Source: Octopus vulgaris
Lineage: Eukaryota
Length of the DNA: 64,000 nt
Assembly (NCBI GenBank): GCA_951406725.2
Contig: OX597827.1
Coordinates: 2,170,001 to 2,234,000 of the forward strand
Direction: 5' to 3'
Shown here: positions 40,009 to 56,178 of the stretch, in pieces
Layout of the letters: the number at the start of each line of letters is the position of its first letter
Numbering within the stretch: the stretch's first letter is position 1
The notes under the pieces: generated by a model
What the model saw: the letters and a program-made list of their open reading frames with translations, nothing else
The model's database searches: none
What the model was told of the DNA's origin: nothing
Made by a program: the position numbers and the translations under genes

Positions 40009-40777
40009 CGGTGTGCATACATTCAGTATGATACACAGATGACGAGTTCCGAGTGCGAGCTTACGTGAGTGCGTGTGTGTTTGGATGTGGATGTGTGTTT
40101 GGTGTTTGTGAGTTCAGGCATTTGTGCATTTGTGTTTATTGGCCAGTGTATACTGAACAAAGATTAGATGATGTTTCGAGATAAAAAAAAAAACAAAAAC
40201 AAACAACTTGCAGTTTTATCTTAACTTGGCTGCTTATGTCAACAGATGTAAAATCTGGTACTAAGATGAGAAACAGGCTAATCATCATAGCAGCAAGTAA
40301 GGTTATCGAAGCGAATGTTTATGCTGACTTAAAAGCATGAGAAGACATGTTTATCGGCGCACGCTCTGTTTGTGTTCGGTGGGCAGGGAAAGAGGATTCT
40401 GGGAGAATTGAAGCAAGAGGGAAAATATTATTCCAGCTCCTCGCCACTATCTCTGGACATGTAAGCAATAGCTGGCAAAAATCTGTCTTCTATGATATAC
40501 AAGCTAACGTTTATTAAAAAAAACATAAATATTCAAGGAATAGACGACATATTGGATAATGTAATATATAAACGTCCGAGAGGTAAATCGTTTGAAAGAA
40601 AAGTGTGATGGTCACGGTTGGAACACTTGATCGCGGTAGATTTATGGGTAAACGATAATTCATTACAGCCAATTCCTGTAGCAACCAATTTACTACAGGA
40701 ATTGGTAGCAAATTGGCTGAGTAGTTAGAACGTATATTATCCCGGTTCATTACGCCCGGAGACCAAACCATTTATAT

Positions 40778-40984
40778 ATTCTTTTACTTGTTTCCGTTGA
40801 CTGCGGACATGTTGGGGCACCATCTTAAAGGGATTTAGTCGAAGAAATCGACTCCAAGGTTTATTCTTTGTAAGACTAGTACTTATTTTATCGCTCCTCA
40901 TTTGCCCAACCGCTAAGTTACGGGGATGTAAACACATTAGCACCGTTTGTCAAGCATTAGCGGTGTGACAAACACAGAGACAAA

Positions 40985-41028
<44 letters not shown>

Positions 41029-41130
41029 CATATATACGACGGGCTTAAGACGGGCTTCTTTTAGTTTCCGTCTACCAAATCCACTCCGAAGGTTTTGGTC
41101 GACCCAAGGCTATAGTAGAAGACACCTGCC
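40778..41130 (-). mobile_element. SINE family A lacking the tRNA head
   Basis: cttttacttgtttcc...(CA)n...tttccgtctaccaaatccactc...gaagacacctgccca. Confidence 0.8.
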
Positions 41131-41779
41131 CATATACATGCATATGTAGGTATATGTATATACATACATATACATGTGTGTATATACATACATACGTATG
41201 TATGTATATGTGTCTGTATGTTTATAATGAAAAAGTTGGCAAAGAGGAATTTACGGGAAAGAGGACCAAAAGAAAAAAAGTAAACAAAAACACGCAACCG
41301 ACAGCGACTTGCTCATTCCCTCATCAATTGTCGACCGAATATCATTATAATTCCAATACCTTTCGATAGCATTGTTAAATTTGGTGCTGTCAGCAACATT
41401 AACCGCTGGGATATAAACGAAGACACATGGTGATCGAACGAGCGTGGAAGGAAAAAGATTTATGTACGTATGCACAGTAGTTTTTTCGATGTAGCAACGA
41501 AGGTAGGGTGAGTTTTGAGAAACATCGTTAATAGGGTTCGATCTTGAGGAAAAAAAAAATGCAAGAAAGAATGTCAGAGCCTTGGAAAAATTTCGACTCA
41601 TCAGTACAACGGCCAATTAAAAAAGGAATTGGAAACTTAAAAAACGGACAGGAATGTCTTATGGTACTTTGTGCGAGGGAAAAAGGAAAAGGAACATTAA
41701 ACTTGAAGATGGTTAGGGGAAAATGGAGAGAAAGGGTTATCTATTTATCTATCCATCTATATATCTATCTATCTATCTA

Positions 41780-41814
<35 letters not shown>

Positions 41815-41824
41815 AATCTATCTA

Positions 41825-42416
<592 letters not shown>

Positions 42417-42834
42417 ATACACACACACACACATATATTTGTGTATACAAGATTGCATATAAATACGATAAAATTAAAATGTAAGCCATTGCCTAACGCT
42501 ATGCTAGGGCTCTTATACAAGTCTGCACACACACACACGCCCACGCTATTATATACCTACCCCCAATACACGCACCCCCGCACGTACATCAAGTCACATG
42601 GCATTAAAAGAGCGGGTGAACGGTGTGGGGGAGTGGTCAATCGAATTAAACGCCTGCTCCTACAACGGAAAATAAGCCCTTATTGATCCCGACCGAGATG
42701 TACTACATTAAACAGCGTCGCCCCCGCCGCCGCCGCCAAAAATCATCCACCGTTACCCTTCCAATACCACCCTTTCTACTACCACCCAACACACACCACA
42801 TTCGCTACTGCCTCACCGCCAGAACTGTCCCACC

Positions 42835-42860
42835 ATAACCACTATTACTACTATTACTAT

Positions 42861-42899
<39 letters not shown>

Positions 42900-42982
42900 A
42901 ACTACTACTACTACTATTGCTACTATTGCTGCTGCTAGTACTACTACTGCTGCTGCTGCTGCTGCTACTACTACTACTACTG

Positions 42983-43036
<54 letters not shown>

Positions 43037-43156
43037 TTACTGCTGCTACTACTACTACTACTGCTGCTGCTACTACTATTACTACTACTACTACAACAAC
43101 AACTACTACTACTATTTCTACTACTGCAACTGCTGCCGCTGCTACTACTACTGCTG

Positions 43157-43194
<38 letters not shown>

Positions 43195-43200
43195 GCTAAT
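42835..43200. repeat. (CTA/CTG)n compound microsatellite
   Basis: Direct reading. Confidence 0.95.
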
Positions 43201-43879
43201 ACTACAGTTACCAACACCCCCATCAACCATTAGCAGCAGTACCATCATAAAATTAACCGCTGCAACGTCGACCACCACCACCACCACCTCCTCTACAACC
43301 AGCTACAGCAACACTGTTATCACAACCATCGCTAACCACCACAAAGGCTGCTGTTAGAAACCGCCCCGCTTACATATAACCAACAACAAAAATATATCCC
43401 AAACCAAAAAAAAAATAAGTAAATAAATAATAAATTAAAAAAAACAAAAGACTAAATGTAGCCTACCCCCCACCCACCCACACAGACCTTCCTTTGACTT
43501 CACTATCTCTACTACCCAAACCCTAATGCTTTCCCCTATCTTACTTCATCCAATTCCCACCAATTCCACAGAAATTATTATCGACCTACAAATGGTATCT
43601 CTGTGAATGTGTGTCTGTCCTGAGAAGAGGAATCACCATTCAAAGTGAACTGTCCCAATCAATTGTAACACATAGGAGAGCTAGCGTATCCGCTACCCGG
43701 ATATTTTTCTGATGCTTCCTGGTCCCTAGGGATGTATGTGAGGTAATGAGTTTGTAAAGGGAGAGATGTAGTCGGTTAAGGTCTGTGTGTCGGAATGGGT
43801 GAAATGGCTTACTTTGCACATACGCACACACGCACGCGTGTGTGCGCATGTATGTACGTATATATATTATATATATATA

Positions 43880-44418
<539 letters not shown>

Positions 44419-44564
44419 AATTAACAGGTATGTGTGTGTGAGTGTGTGTGAGTGTGTGTGTGTGTGTAAACTGTCCAGATGGAGTATATGCATTCATGTA
44501 TGTACGTATATCTATCTATCTATCTATCTATTTATACACACTATCTATCTATCTACACACACAC

Positions 44565-44633
<69 letters not shown>

Positions 44634-45255
44634 ACACATATATTTATATCTATACCCAAACATATATCTCTATCTATCCGTGAGCCTATATATGTGATAT
44701 ATAAATATATATATTCGTAGTCCGAGAAAGATGGTTTTGCAATTTCTTGCTGAACGACCTGCCCTGCACAAATAATTTGTTTATAGTGATCGTCTAATGT
44801 TTGTGCAGTACATTAGCCCACACCTTCCATAAAATCGATGTCGTCTGAATAGGTAATGCTCCAGCAGTTTCAAACGCAATTATGCGTACGTTACTGTAGC
44901 CTACGTCACAGGAGAACAACTTCTTTTTACAACGACAGTGTGTTCATAACACCCTAGGCTCTTTCGTGCATGAAATTCTGGGACACCAGCGTTTCGACAT
45001 GCGTCGCGTCAACCAATATCATCCGGAACTTTGAGCCTAAACAAGCCGTTGGGTTTTGTTTATAATTTCATCAAACAATCTGTTTGCTGATATCAGCATT
45101 AATCAAACATAATGTATGCACTAATTTATTCGGCGTTAAATTAACGCAATGTCGTTCTAAATGCGTCAAGCAAGTGATTGTTTTTGTGGAGGTTAACCAA
45201 GCTTGCCTTGAGTAAGAATTCTTCCCCCTTTAGTGCTAAAACCAGCGTTACCTTC

Positions 45256-45464
45256 TTAGCTCTTTAGTATTCAAATCATTGTGTCAAATGTAATGCTTAA
45301 TTAGTCACGTTATTTTTAATTAATTATGCATTATCTTGTACCTTCGAGATTTCGATGATGCATTCGTTTATTTTCAGCATGACGTTGCTGGGTATGTGTG
45401 AGAGTCCGCACCTGGTTGGTTCGAGCAGGGACGGATATGGCCGGCTGAAATGCCAAACGGTTAA
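45256..45464 (+). mobile_element. piggyBac-like MITE, degenerate
   Basis: Ends ttag|ctctttagtattc and aaatgccaaacgg|ttaa are decayed TTAA-CCCTTT inverted termini; second copy at 26433-26772. Confidence 0.55.
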
Positions 45465-46154
45465 AGACAGATCTTAACCATGAAGAAAAGAACTACTGTT
45501 TCGGTCCGTTCAGTTCAATTGGTGGATCTTTATTAATTTCTTTTTCCGAGAAACAGAATGAATCTGAATTGTGTAATGGCAGATAGAGCGTATTTTATAA
45601 AGAGGACAATTATCGTTTATATTAGATATATATTTTTGTCGAATGGATACATAAATGGATATTGTATTTGGTTGTTAAACCAATGTATAATAATTACAGC
45701 ATTTTATTTTACAATAATGTGTTTGCATCATACGAAGTGGTATATAATTTATCAAGGTATGCAATCTAGAAATACGTTGACCCCACACATACACTCCGCC
45801 CTGTACGCTGATTCTACACAGAAGGAGAAAAAAAAACGACATTTTGAAAGCAATACGTATAGATAGAAAGACAATCAAATATGTTACGTTGTTAGGCTTA
45901 AGATGTCTTCCCAAATATTTCTAATGTGAACAAAAAAATATAAACAAATGTATAAAAGAGATAATGTAAAGAGAAAAAAAAAAAACAAATAAACACACAA
46001 AAGTAAAAGAAAAGAGAAAAATACAATAATGAAGTGAGTAATGTGTTATGGTGGTAATATGTATGCGTATGTATTTCTGTAAGAATGAAGTTACGTTTGT
46101 ATATAAGTATGTCGGTGTGTATGTACGTATGTACGTGCATACAGGCACACACCG

Positions 46155-46208
<54 letters not shown>

Positions 46209-47319
46209 CATATATATATATATATATATAATGTATATATGTCTGTATCTAACATCTATATCTTGTATATTATATAGGCGTGTGTTTGTGTGCGTGTTAT
46301 ATGTATGTATGTATTTATTTAATTAGATTTGTATGTACAGGCGCGTGACGCACACATACACGCACGCACATGCACACACACACATTCACACACATACACA
46401 CGCGCACGCACGCACGTTAGCAGAATCGAAGGTTTTGAGAAAGAAAGAGATATTATATAAGAAATGATGTAAAAGAAGGCATTTTGGTATCCTTGTTTTA
46501 GAGAGAGAGAGAGGGGGGGAAGAGAAGGAGAGAGAGAGTAAGAGATGAGTGAGCGAGCGTTAAACGTATCAACATCTCTATTGTAAGGACAACAGAGAAA
46601 GAAAATAAAATGGAAAAAAAAAGAGAAAGCCAAAAGAACGAGAGAATGAATGAACGGGAGAAAGATAAGGAGAAGAAATTGCAAAGACGTTCGAAACGAT
46701 TGGACTATTTGCAAAGAGACACAATAACCTAAGTGATTTGCCTAAACGAATCCAGTTAAACATAAAATTGGTTCAGTTGTCGTGAGAGAACAACAGAAAG
46801 GAAGAAAGAAGAAGAAGAAAGAAAGAAAGAAAGAAAAAAAGACAGAAGAAAGAATAACAAAATGGCATCAGAACAACAACAGCAGCAAAATACGGTAACA
46901 AAGGAACAGGAACATTAAATACGCGGCAAAAAAAAAAAAGAAAAAGAAAAAAGAACTACAACAACAACAAAAAAAGAGGTGAAAAATAAAAATGGACGAA
47001 TAAAATGGAAAACAACGGATTGGAGAGATTTGTGCCAGGCAACGAGAAGAGGCCACACACACCCACACACACATACACACACAAACACACACACACACAC
47101 ACACACAGAGTGCCATACACGCATATATGTACGCACGTAAAGCAAGGACGAAACTCTCGACCGAAAGCAACCCACAAACCTCCGCCAAACAATGTACACA
47201 GCACCATTGCTATTATATATTATCTCGCTACGTTGTCTTGTCTAATGTCTTTCTTATTAGCAAGTGAGTGTGACCATATGTGTGTGTGTGTGTGTATATA
47301 TATCTGTGTGTGTGTGTAT

Positions 47320-47350
<31 letters not shown>

Positions 47351-47822
47351 TCTCCGTTCGTTTCTTTTGATGCACAATTTGTTTACGATATCTCCTGCAT
47401 CAATCGAATTGAGATGACCACAAAAAGCCGTTATAAGCTGTTTGCATCTATGTATCTCGGTAGCTAGGCATACATCTGTACGTATGCATGCATGTATATA
47501 TATATATATATATATATACATACACACATATATATATATACATATATATAGTGTGCGTATGTATTTGTGTGTGAGAGTGTGTGTGTGTGTGAGTGTGTGT
47601 GTGTGTATGTGTGTGTGTCTGTAAATGGCTAGTACGTTTTTTGTGTAGATATTTGTCCTCATTATTTGCTTATACCTGTGTGAGTAGACAACCATATACG
47701 GAAGGGCATGTACATGAACATATGTATAAAGCTGAAATTGCATATGCATTCACATACAAAAACACTCACACCACTAATGAAATACACACTCACACACACA
47801 CACACTCATACACATATATGTA

Positions 47823-47864
<42 letters not shown>

Positions 47865-47942
47865 CATTATATATTTTTTATTTATTTATATATTTTTTAT
47901 TTTTTTATTTTTTTATTTTTTATTTTTTTTATTTATCTATTC

Positions 47943-48000
<58 letters not shown>

Positions 48001-48098
48001 ATATATATATATTTCAGAATCCATCAAGGTAGGTATGTAGCTTTAATAGAAATGAAAATATCCAAGTAGACACTCTCAGAGGGAGAGCGAAAGAAGAA

Positions 48099-48133
<35 letters not shown>

Positions 48134-48464
48134 GCACGCATCCCCCCCCCCACACACACGCACATATGCAGGCCAACCTTGGATAGGTTTTGCCTTTGTA
48201 TGCGAGTGTTTTGCAGGAAGCAAGACATTTGGGAACTCACACGTCGTGTACGCCTGTGTGAGTGTATAAGTAAAAGATATTTATATACATATATACATAC
48301 ATGCATACATATACAGATATCTACATATATATGTGTACACACATATGCGCACGTTTAAGTAGATTCGTAGATGGATGGATAGATAGATAGATAGATAGAT
48401 AAAGTGACAGACAACCAGCCAGCCAGCCAGTCAGCTAGCTAGATAGACAGACAGATAGATAGAC

Positions 48465-48527
<63 letters not shown>

Positions 48528-49099
48528 TAAGAGAGAGAGAGAGAGAAACAGACAGACAGGCAGATAGACACTATCAATGTCCATCATAGTTTACACGGAT
48601 AAAACAGGCTAAAAAGGTGGAATAAATTGGTGGTGAATGAGATAGCGAAGATAAAAAAAGAGAGAGAGAGAGGGAGAGGGGGAGAGAGATTAAGAAAGAG
48701 AGATAGACAGAGACAGATAGAAAGAGAGGCAGACAGACAGAGACGAACGGAGTAAGTGTATGTATCTGATGAGAACAGGAGCATAAGATAGGCAAAATGT
48801 GTGTGTGTGCGTGTGCGTGTATGTGTGTGTGTGTGTGTGGGTTTGTATGTGCGTGTGTTGGTGTATACGTGTGTGTATGTAAACGTTTGTGCGCGCTCGA
48901 GAGAAAGTTGTGACAATGGCTAACTTGCTAAGAATCGTTCAAGTGCTTTAACACCTTGTGTTGAACAAATATGCTTGGTCAGACAACACTGATGGAAAAT
49001 CTTTGGAGTTTCATTGGAATTTTCCGGAAACTTGCAGTTGGTTCTTGTATTAACGGATACTACTGTTATTCTTGTTGTTGTTGTTGTTGTTATTTAAAA

Positions 49100-50270
49100 C
49101 GTCGCATTGTATCCAATATTGTAGTGTTGTTGATTGAAGATATTGTGTCTACCGGGGATTCGTACTGTCAGTCAAGATAGAAAGTACTTTACATAATATG
49201 CGTGCAGTTCCAAGTAATGTCGATTTTTGCAATACAGCTAAATAGTCGGGTATTTCTAAATTTCCAGATATTTTTTCTGGTTGGGTGGTATTGAACCCAA
49301 TGCCCCCTTGACAATTGGGGCAACCTTTATGACTGACTCTCATAGCTGCCACATCTTAGCGATCTCTATTCTCGGGTCTCCAAATTTATCAATCTTTTCT
49401 CTTTCTTTCATGATAATATGTTGATCTCCTCTCACTGCTACGTCGATTATTAGGGACTCTTCTTTGTCCCTCCTAAAGGTTACTATTTCCGGCCTTCAGT
49501 GCCCTAAAACCTTGTCTCTCTAGAAGTCAAAGTCCCAGAGGATTTTTGCCTTTCCCTTTTCGTCCATTACCTTTTCCGGTGTATGTTAGAACTAAGCACC
49601 CATTACCTGTTATCCATACTTCCGGTATATTAGCCAGTGAAGGTTTTTAGCTCCCTTGTTGCATCTGCACTTGTACTCTTTCAGCGCAAAACGTTCACAA
49701 GTACTAACAATGTGAGTCACTCTTTCGACCCTCTTCCCATAAATTCTGCAGAGGTTCGTTGCACTTGTGTCGTATATATCCCTTTTCACTGAGTTGGTAT
49801 TCAATGCCTGATCCTGGGCAGCGATGATTAGGCTTTCAGAATTTTCTAGGTCATCCTTGCTGAGCCACCTCTATGATGCTTTCTGGTCTTTTAAGTTGTT
49901 AGTTTCATGGCGGAACTGACCATGTAATTCCATGCGGAGTAGTGTTTCTTCTTTCTCGTTTACTGTTCGTGATCGGAATTCATGAGCACTCTCGAGTCCA
50001 TTTTTGGTGAATCCTTCTGCATTAGCAGCATACTATAACAGGTCTTGTTGGCTGTTTACCAAATATTTACCATGTTTCTTTTTTTAACTGTTGATGCACT
50101 CCCGTACGCTACTCAACCCACGTCCAGCTTTACCCCTCTTCATGTAGATCTTGTGTACATTCGCCTTAGGGTGAAAGAAACCGTGCATTGCCGATGTCTT
50201 TTGGGTAGTGCGATCAATTTGGTTAATCTCCACTTGCGTCCATTTCAGGCTGGGTGCACTATAGCGGACT
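49100..50270 (-). pseudogene. Decayed, 5'-truncated R4/Dong-like RLE non-LTR retrotransposon
   Basis: IIAAQDQALNTN, CRIYGKRVERVTHIVSTC, ILWDFDF, IIDVAV and LQKSTLLGTARILCKVL, with stops and frameshifts; next to TAA/CAA repeats. Confidence 0.85.
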
Positions 50271-50372
50271 ACAGCAACAGCCCATTATTATCATTATCAT
50301 CGTTGTTGTAGCTGTTATTATTTTGTTGTTGTTGTTGTTGTTATTATTATTTTGTTGTTGTTGTTGTTGTTG

Positions 50373-50451
<79 letters not shown>

Positions 50452-50464
50452 CATTATTAAGACG

Positions 50465-50660
50465 ACAAGCTGGCGGAATCTTTAGCATGCAGGGCGAAAT
50501 GCTTCGAGGCATTCCTTCCATCTGCATGTTCTGAGTTCAAATTCTGCTGAGGTCGACTTTGCTTTTCATCCTTTCGCGGTCAATAAATTAAGTACCAGTG
50601 AAACACTGGAGTCGATGAAATCGAGTAGTCCCCTTTTCACTAAATTTCAGACCTTGTACC
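50465..50660 (+). mobile_element. SINE family B between (ATT)n tracts
   Basis: aagctggcggaatctttagcatgcagggcgaaatgctt...gaggtcgactttgcttttcatcctttcgcggtc. Confidence 0.8.
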
Positions 50661-50669
50661 TTCAGCAGA

Positions 50670-50683
50670 AATTATTATTATTG

Positions 50684-50730
<47 letters not shown>

Positions 50731-50905
50731 GTTGTTGTTATTATTATTGTTGCTATTATTATTGTTTTTATTATTATTGTTGTTATTATTATTGTTGTTA
50801 TTATTATTGTTGTTATTATTATTGTTGTTATTATTATTATTGTTATTATTATTATTGTTATTATTATTATTGTTATTATTATTATTGTTATTATTGTTGT
50901 TGTTG

Positions 50906-50944
<39 letters not shown>

Positions 50945-50959
50945 TTGTTGTTGTTGTTA
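50670..50959. repeat. (ATT/GTT/GCT)n compound microsatellite
   Basis: Direct reading. Confidence 0.95.
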
Positions 50960-51208
50960 TTGAGTGAGAGAGCAGTGCATACCAACAAAGTAACACTGGG
51001 GTAAATTATACGAAGCCCAGAACAGCCATCATGACTACCCGCCTGACTAGGGTACACCAGGCACATGCATTACAACCATATTTGCACATAGTGATTTCAT
51101 ATTACGATAAGCAGCACATGACCTTGCAGTTAAGGCCCAGTTAGAATTTACTTCAGATCGAACAGCCCTTCCCGCTCAAAAGCTCCCTGAATAAATGCTG
51201 TTTAAGGA
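50960..51208 (-). mobile_element. Partial copy of the 22151-22700 element
   Basis: ttgagtgagagagcagtgcat...ggggtaaa...ccatcatgactacc...ggcccagttagaattt is collinear with 22151-22385. Confidence 0.85.
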
Positions 51209-51294
51209 CTTTGTCTCTCATCCTTTCGGCGTCGATAAATTAAGTACCGTTTGAACAATTGCGGGCATTGTGTAAAAATTTGAAATTATAATTA

Positions 51295-51358
<64 letters not shown>

Positions 51359-51652
51359 GGATATGCTGTCACGCTACGGAAGAGTTCACTCAAAATTTAA
51401 GTAGTTACGAAACATGTTTTCTTTTGTTTTCTTTTTTCATTTACAGAGCTGGTCAGGCAGGTAGTCATAGCACCAGCACGATTATCCATCCTATGTTATA
51501 GGTCCCATGAAACAGTGACGGATAAAATCGTGACGGATTTAGAGAATTAGTTGGGAGATGGTTAAACCGGTTGTGGTTGGGAGAAACGTTAAGCGTTGAA
51601 CAATAGGTGATATAACGGAAGATTTTTTGTAAGATTTTTGCGTCACTTTGAC

Positions 51653-51755
<103 letters not shown>

Positions 51756-52769
51756 AGTCTGTCTGTCTGTCTGTCTGCATGTATGTTTTTATAAGCACAC
51801 ATTCATACATGCACACTTTCACATATGTACAGCAAAAGAAACATTTTCTTTTATATGCACATGTGCAGGCGTGTATGTATATAGGCGTATATAGGTATGT
51901 ACTCATAGAGGCTTCTGGACCAGTTATTGATAAATGTATATATATATGATTGTTAGAGAGATATTATTCGTAAAAATATAAAGAATTTCGTGTCTCCTCA
52001 GTGCGATGGTACCAGTCTATCATGGACATTATGTCTTAACATCTTGCAGTCTGAAATTATTTAAATTATTTAGTAATTCAAAAAAGCATTTGAAATATTT
52101 TCGTTTTAAATTGTTTATATATTTTTTTCTTTTACAAAATTTCATATTGTAGCTTTCGTTAGATAAGCTAGCAAGCTTCATACTTTCTTCAAAATGGAGT
52201 TTTAAAATGGCTGTAGATATCGTCTGCTAGCAATCAGTCAATGTATTACTTGTCCAATATAAAGCAGACGACATAAATAAATAGATAAACAAATAAATAA
52301 ATAAAAAGAAATATACAATAAAATACGCAAAAAAATTAACAATATATACGATAAGAATCGCAGTGAAAAGAAATTAAAAGAAAAACCGAAGGAAAATAAA
52401 ATGAAATAGTATTGAAGTTAACCAGTTACACCAGTAGTCTGAAACTATTAAGACTGCGCACCAGTGGCGCCCTCTAAACATTTTTAATGTTGGCCACCAC
52501 ACAATTTAATGTCTGAGAACTTAATGGAAAGATTTTTCTACTTTTACTTTGGTTTGTTGGTTTGTTTTTCTTTTTATTACTTTTTTTGTTTTCTTTTCGC
52601 CTCCTCGTTAAATTCTAGAATATGTTGGCGATTATTTCTTTTATTTACTTATTTATTTGTTCATTTATTTATTGATAAACTGGCTGTAATGAAATAAATA
52701 ATTATATAAATGACTAACGAAAATAGCTAGATAGATAATAGACAAATAGAAAGATAGCTTCGTAGATAG

Positions 52770-52820
<51 letters not shown>

Positions 52821-52936
52821 ACAACTATATATATAAATATTATATGTGTGTGTGTATATATATATATATACAGAGAGAGAGAGAGAGAGAGAGAAATGGT
52901 GACAGAGAACGAGAGGTACAGCTAGGCAGATAGATC

Positions 52937-53010
<74 letters not shown>

Positions 53011-53325
53011 AAGATAGATAGATAGATAGATTAAATGAATGAGGTGGTAACACTCAATGAAAGCTGTTACCAGTTTAAGACGATAAAGAAAGACAGAAAA
53101 AAAGAAGGTAAGCTAGAAAGTAAGAAAGACAAAGATGGGAATGTTGGTGATAGTGAACGAAAGAAAAACTCTATTATTTCCACTTGAGTGGTGAAAGAGT
53201 CGCTTGAACAAGTTTGCAAGTTTGTCCGGATTCATAGTCGGAATTTAATGTAGAAACAGAAGTGAATGAAGAATTTGTGGTGTTGTATTATGAGTGAGAA
53301 GTATGTGTGTGTTTTTATATGTATG

Positions 53326-53364
<39 letters not shown>

Positions 53365-53647
53365 TTGCGTGTGTGAGAGAGAAAGAGAAAATGGGGGATG
53401 CGATCGAAAGCCAGGAAGTGAGAAGTGCAGTGAGAGGCGAGGATATTGAATGGATATATGTATGTGCTTATGTGTGTGTGTGTGTGTGTGTGTGCGCACA
53501 CACATACACACACACATACACACATATATATACATATATATATAAACATATGCATATATATACACACATATGTATATATACACATATATATATATACATA
53601 TATCTATACATATATATAGATATATATACACATATGATATATATACG

Positions 53648-53679
<32 letters not shown>

Positions 53680-54103
53680 CCTACATTCACATACATATAC
53701 ACACATACTAGCACATACATATATACACACATATATATCCGCACGCACACATACGTATGTATAAATACATGTATAGATGTATATATGGATGTATGTGTTT
53801 ATATATTTACATATGAATCTGTACATTTATATTTACAAATAAATGTATGTATTTCTTTCTCTCTCTCTCTCCTAATCTCTCCTTTTCTCTTTCTCGTTCC
53901 CTTTTCTTTCTCTTGCTCTCCCTATGTGTGTGTGTGTGTGTGTGTGTGTTCACATACAAACGCGTGTGTGTATGTCTATTCGTGAAAGTGTGTATAAATG
54001 GTGAATAAGAAAAGCATTGAAAGGGTCTTGTAGAAAATTAATGGAGGGATGGTGAGATGATGAGAAACAGTAATACATGCACGTACATGCGTGTGTACCA
54101 TAC

Positions 54104-54168
<65 letters not shown>

Positions 54169-54409
54169 GACAGAGAAAGAGAAAGAACGCGTAAGATATT
54201 AACTGGGAGAAGCGGCCAAAAAGATGGCGTGTGAGGGAGGAAAAGAAAGAGATACAAAAGGTAAATGTTGGTAAACCACCTTTTGTTACACGAAAGATCG
54301 AATCTTGCTAATCGTTGATGAACTGTATGGATTGCTGGAAGAACATTGACTCTGCGCAGACATCTTACGTCGCGTTCTACAATGAAGCTTTAATTTTTTA
54401 TCCTTCAAA

Positions 54410-55008
54410 GGCGGTGAGCTGGCAGAATCGTTAGCATACCGGTAGAAATGCTTAGCGGTATTTCGTCTGCCGTTACGTTGTGAGTTTAAATTCCGCCGAA
54501 GTCGACTTTGCCTTTCATCCTTTCGGGCTCGATAAATTAAGTACCAGTTACGCACTGGGGTCGATATATTCGACTTAATACCTATGTCTGTCCTTGTTTA
54601 TCCCCTCTATGTTTAGCTCCTTGTGGGTAATAAAGAAATAGGTATTTCATCTGTCCTTACGTTCTGAGTTCAAATTCCGTCGAGATCGACTTTGCCTTTC
54701 ATCCTTTCAAGGTCGATAAATTAAGTACCAGTTACGTAGTGGTATCGATCTAATCGACTGGCCCCTTCCCCCAAAAATTTCGGGCCTTGTGCATAAAGTA
54801 GAAAAGAAATGTTAGCACGCCGGGGGTGAGATGCTTAGCAGTATTTCGTCTGTCTTTACGTTTTGAGTTCAAATTCAGCCGAGGTCGACTTTGACTTTCA
54901 TCCTTTTGGGGTCGATAAATTAAGTATCAGTTTTGCACTTGCCTCAATCTAATCGACTGACCCCTTCGCCCCAAAATTTTGTGCCTTGTGCCTACAGTAT
55001 TAAAGAAT
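54410..55008 (+). mobile_element. SINE-B array: LINE-tailed unit (to 54640), ordinary-tailed unit (54641-54810) and a further 5'-truncated copy
   Basis: ggtatttcRtctg at 54457 and 54641; tail taataaagaaata at 54628-54640. Confidence 0.85.
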
Positions 55009-55159
55009 TATGTCTGCATCTAACCAGTCTCTAAACGTCTCTTGCCTCTTCGTACATATCTATGTAGACATAAGTATGAGTTGCTCGGTTTATTGGCGAG
55101 TAAGTGACCGAGGTAACAAAATTTACCCTGAACGGTATATCAATTCGTTACGTGGTACA

Positions 55160-55345
55160 ATGCCAGCAATTTTAAGGCCACATGAGTCAAATGCATCGTC
55201 CTTAGTACTTACTTTATTTTATCGACCTCAAAAGGATGAAAGGCAAAGCTTATCTCGGTGGGATTTAATAAACTCAGAACGCACAGAGCTAGAAGAAATG
55301 CCGATAATCATTTTGTACGACGCGCTAACAATTCCGCTAACTCGC
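55160..55345 (-). mobile_element. SINE family B, degenerate, inverted
   Basis: ttatcgacctcaaaaggatgaaaggcaaagc...aactcagaacg...cgcgctaacaattccgctaactcgc. Confidence 0.65.
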
Positions 55346-55700
55346 TACCTTAGTGCTTTGTTTAACGGCCTCAACAGGATGAGGATCAAAAATGATCTCG
55401 ACAGTATTTGAACAGAATGAGGAGAGAATCGGATTAAATATCGCATGGTTTTCTACCCAAGCCTCTAAAAACTCCGGCAATTCGCTGATTTTTGTCAGTG
55501 ATAGGGAATGTATGATGTCAATATTAATATATGTACTTCCTCATGTGTTTTTGTGTGCATATTTTTGCATGTATATTATATTTATTCTACTTTGGAGTAG
55601 TCAGCACTTTATATTTATGACGTATATAGCGAAAGATTAATACGTGTGTGTGTTTATATATGCATGTGTGTGTCTGGCGTAGGAGCGGTACCTATCTTAT

Positions 55701-55758
<58 letters not shown>

Positions 55759-55780
55759 TGTGTGTGTGTGCGTGCCTTCT

Positions 55781-56003
55781 TTTTATCTTGAACTTGTCTT
55801 AGTCATTAGAATGTACCCATGCTGGGGCACCGCCTTGAAGAATATTTAGTCGAATGTATCGACCTCAGGAGTTTTTAAAGTCTCTTACTTATACTGTCCG
55901 TCTCTTTTTGCAGAACCACTAGTTAAGGGGATATAAACACACCAGCGCTGATTTACAAGCAGTGCTGAGGGGACGAACATAGACTCAAAGACCGGCACAC
56001 ACA

Positions 56004-56063
<60 letters not shown>

Positions 56064-56178
56064 TACATATATATACTACTTTCAGTTACCGTCAGCCAGA
56101 TCCACTCACAAGGCCTTGGTCGGCCCGAGGTTATAGCAGATATTTGCCCAAGGTGCCATGCAGTGGGACTGAACTCGA
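55781..56178 (-). mobile_element. SINE family A
   Basis: ccatgctggggcaccgcc...(CA)n...ccactcacaaggccttggtcggcccgagg...gcagtgggactgaac. Confidence 0.8.
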
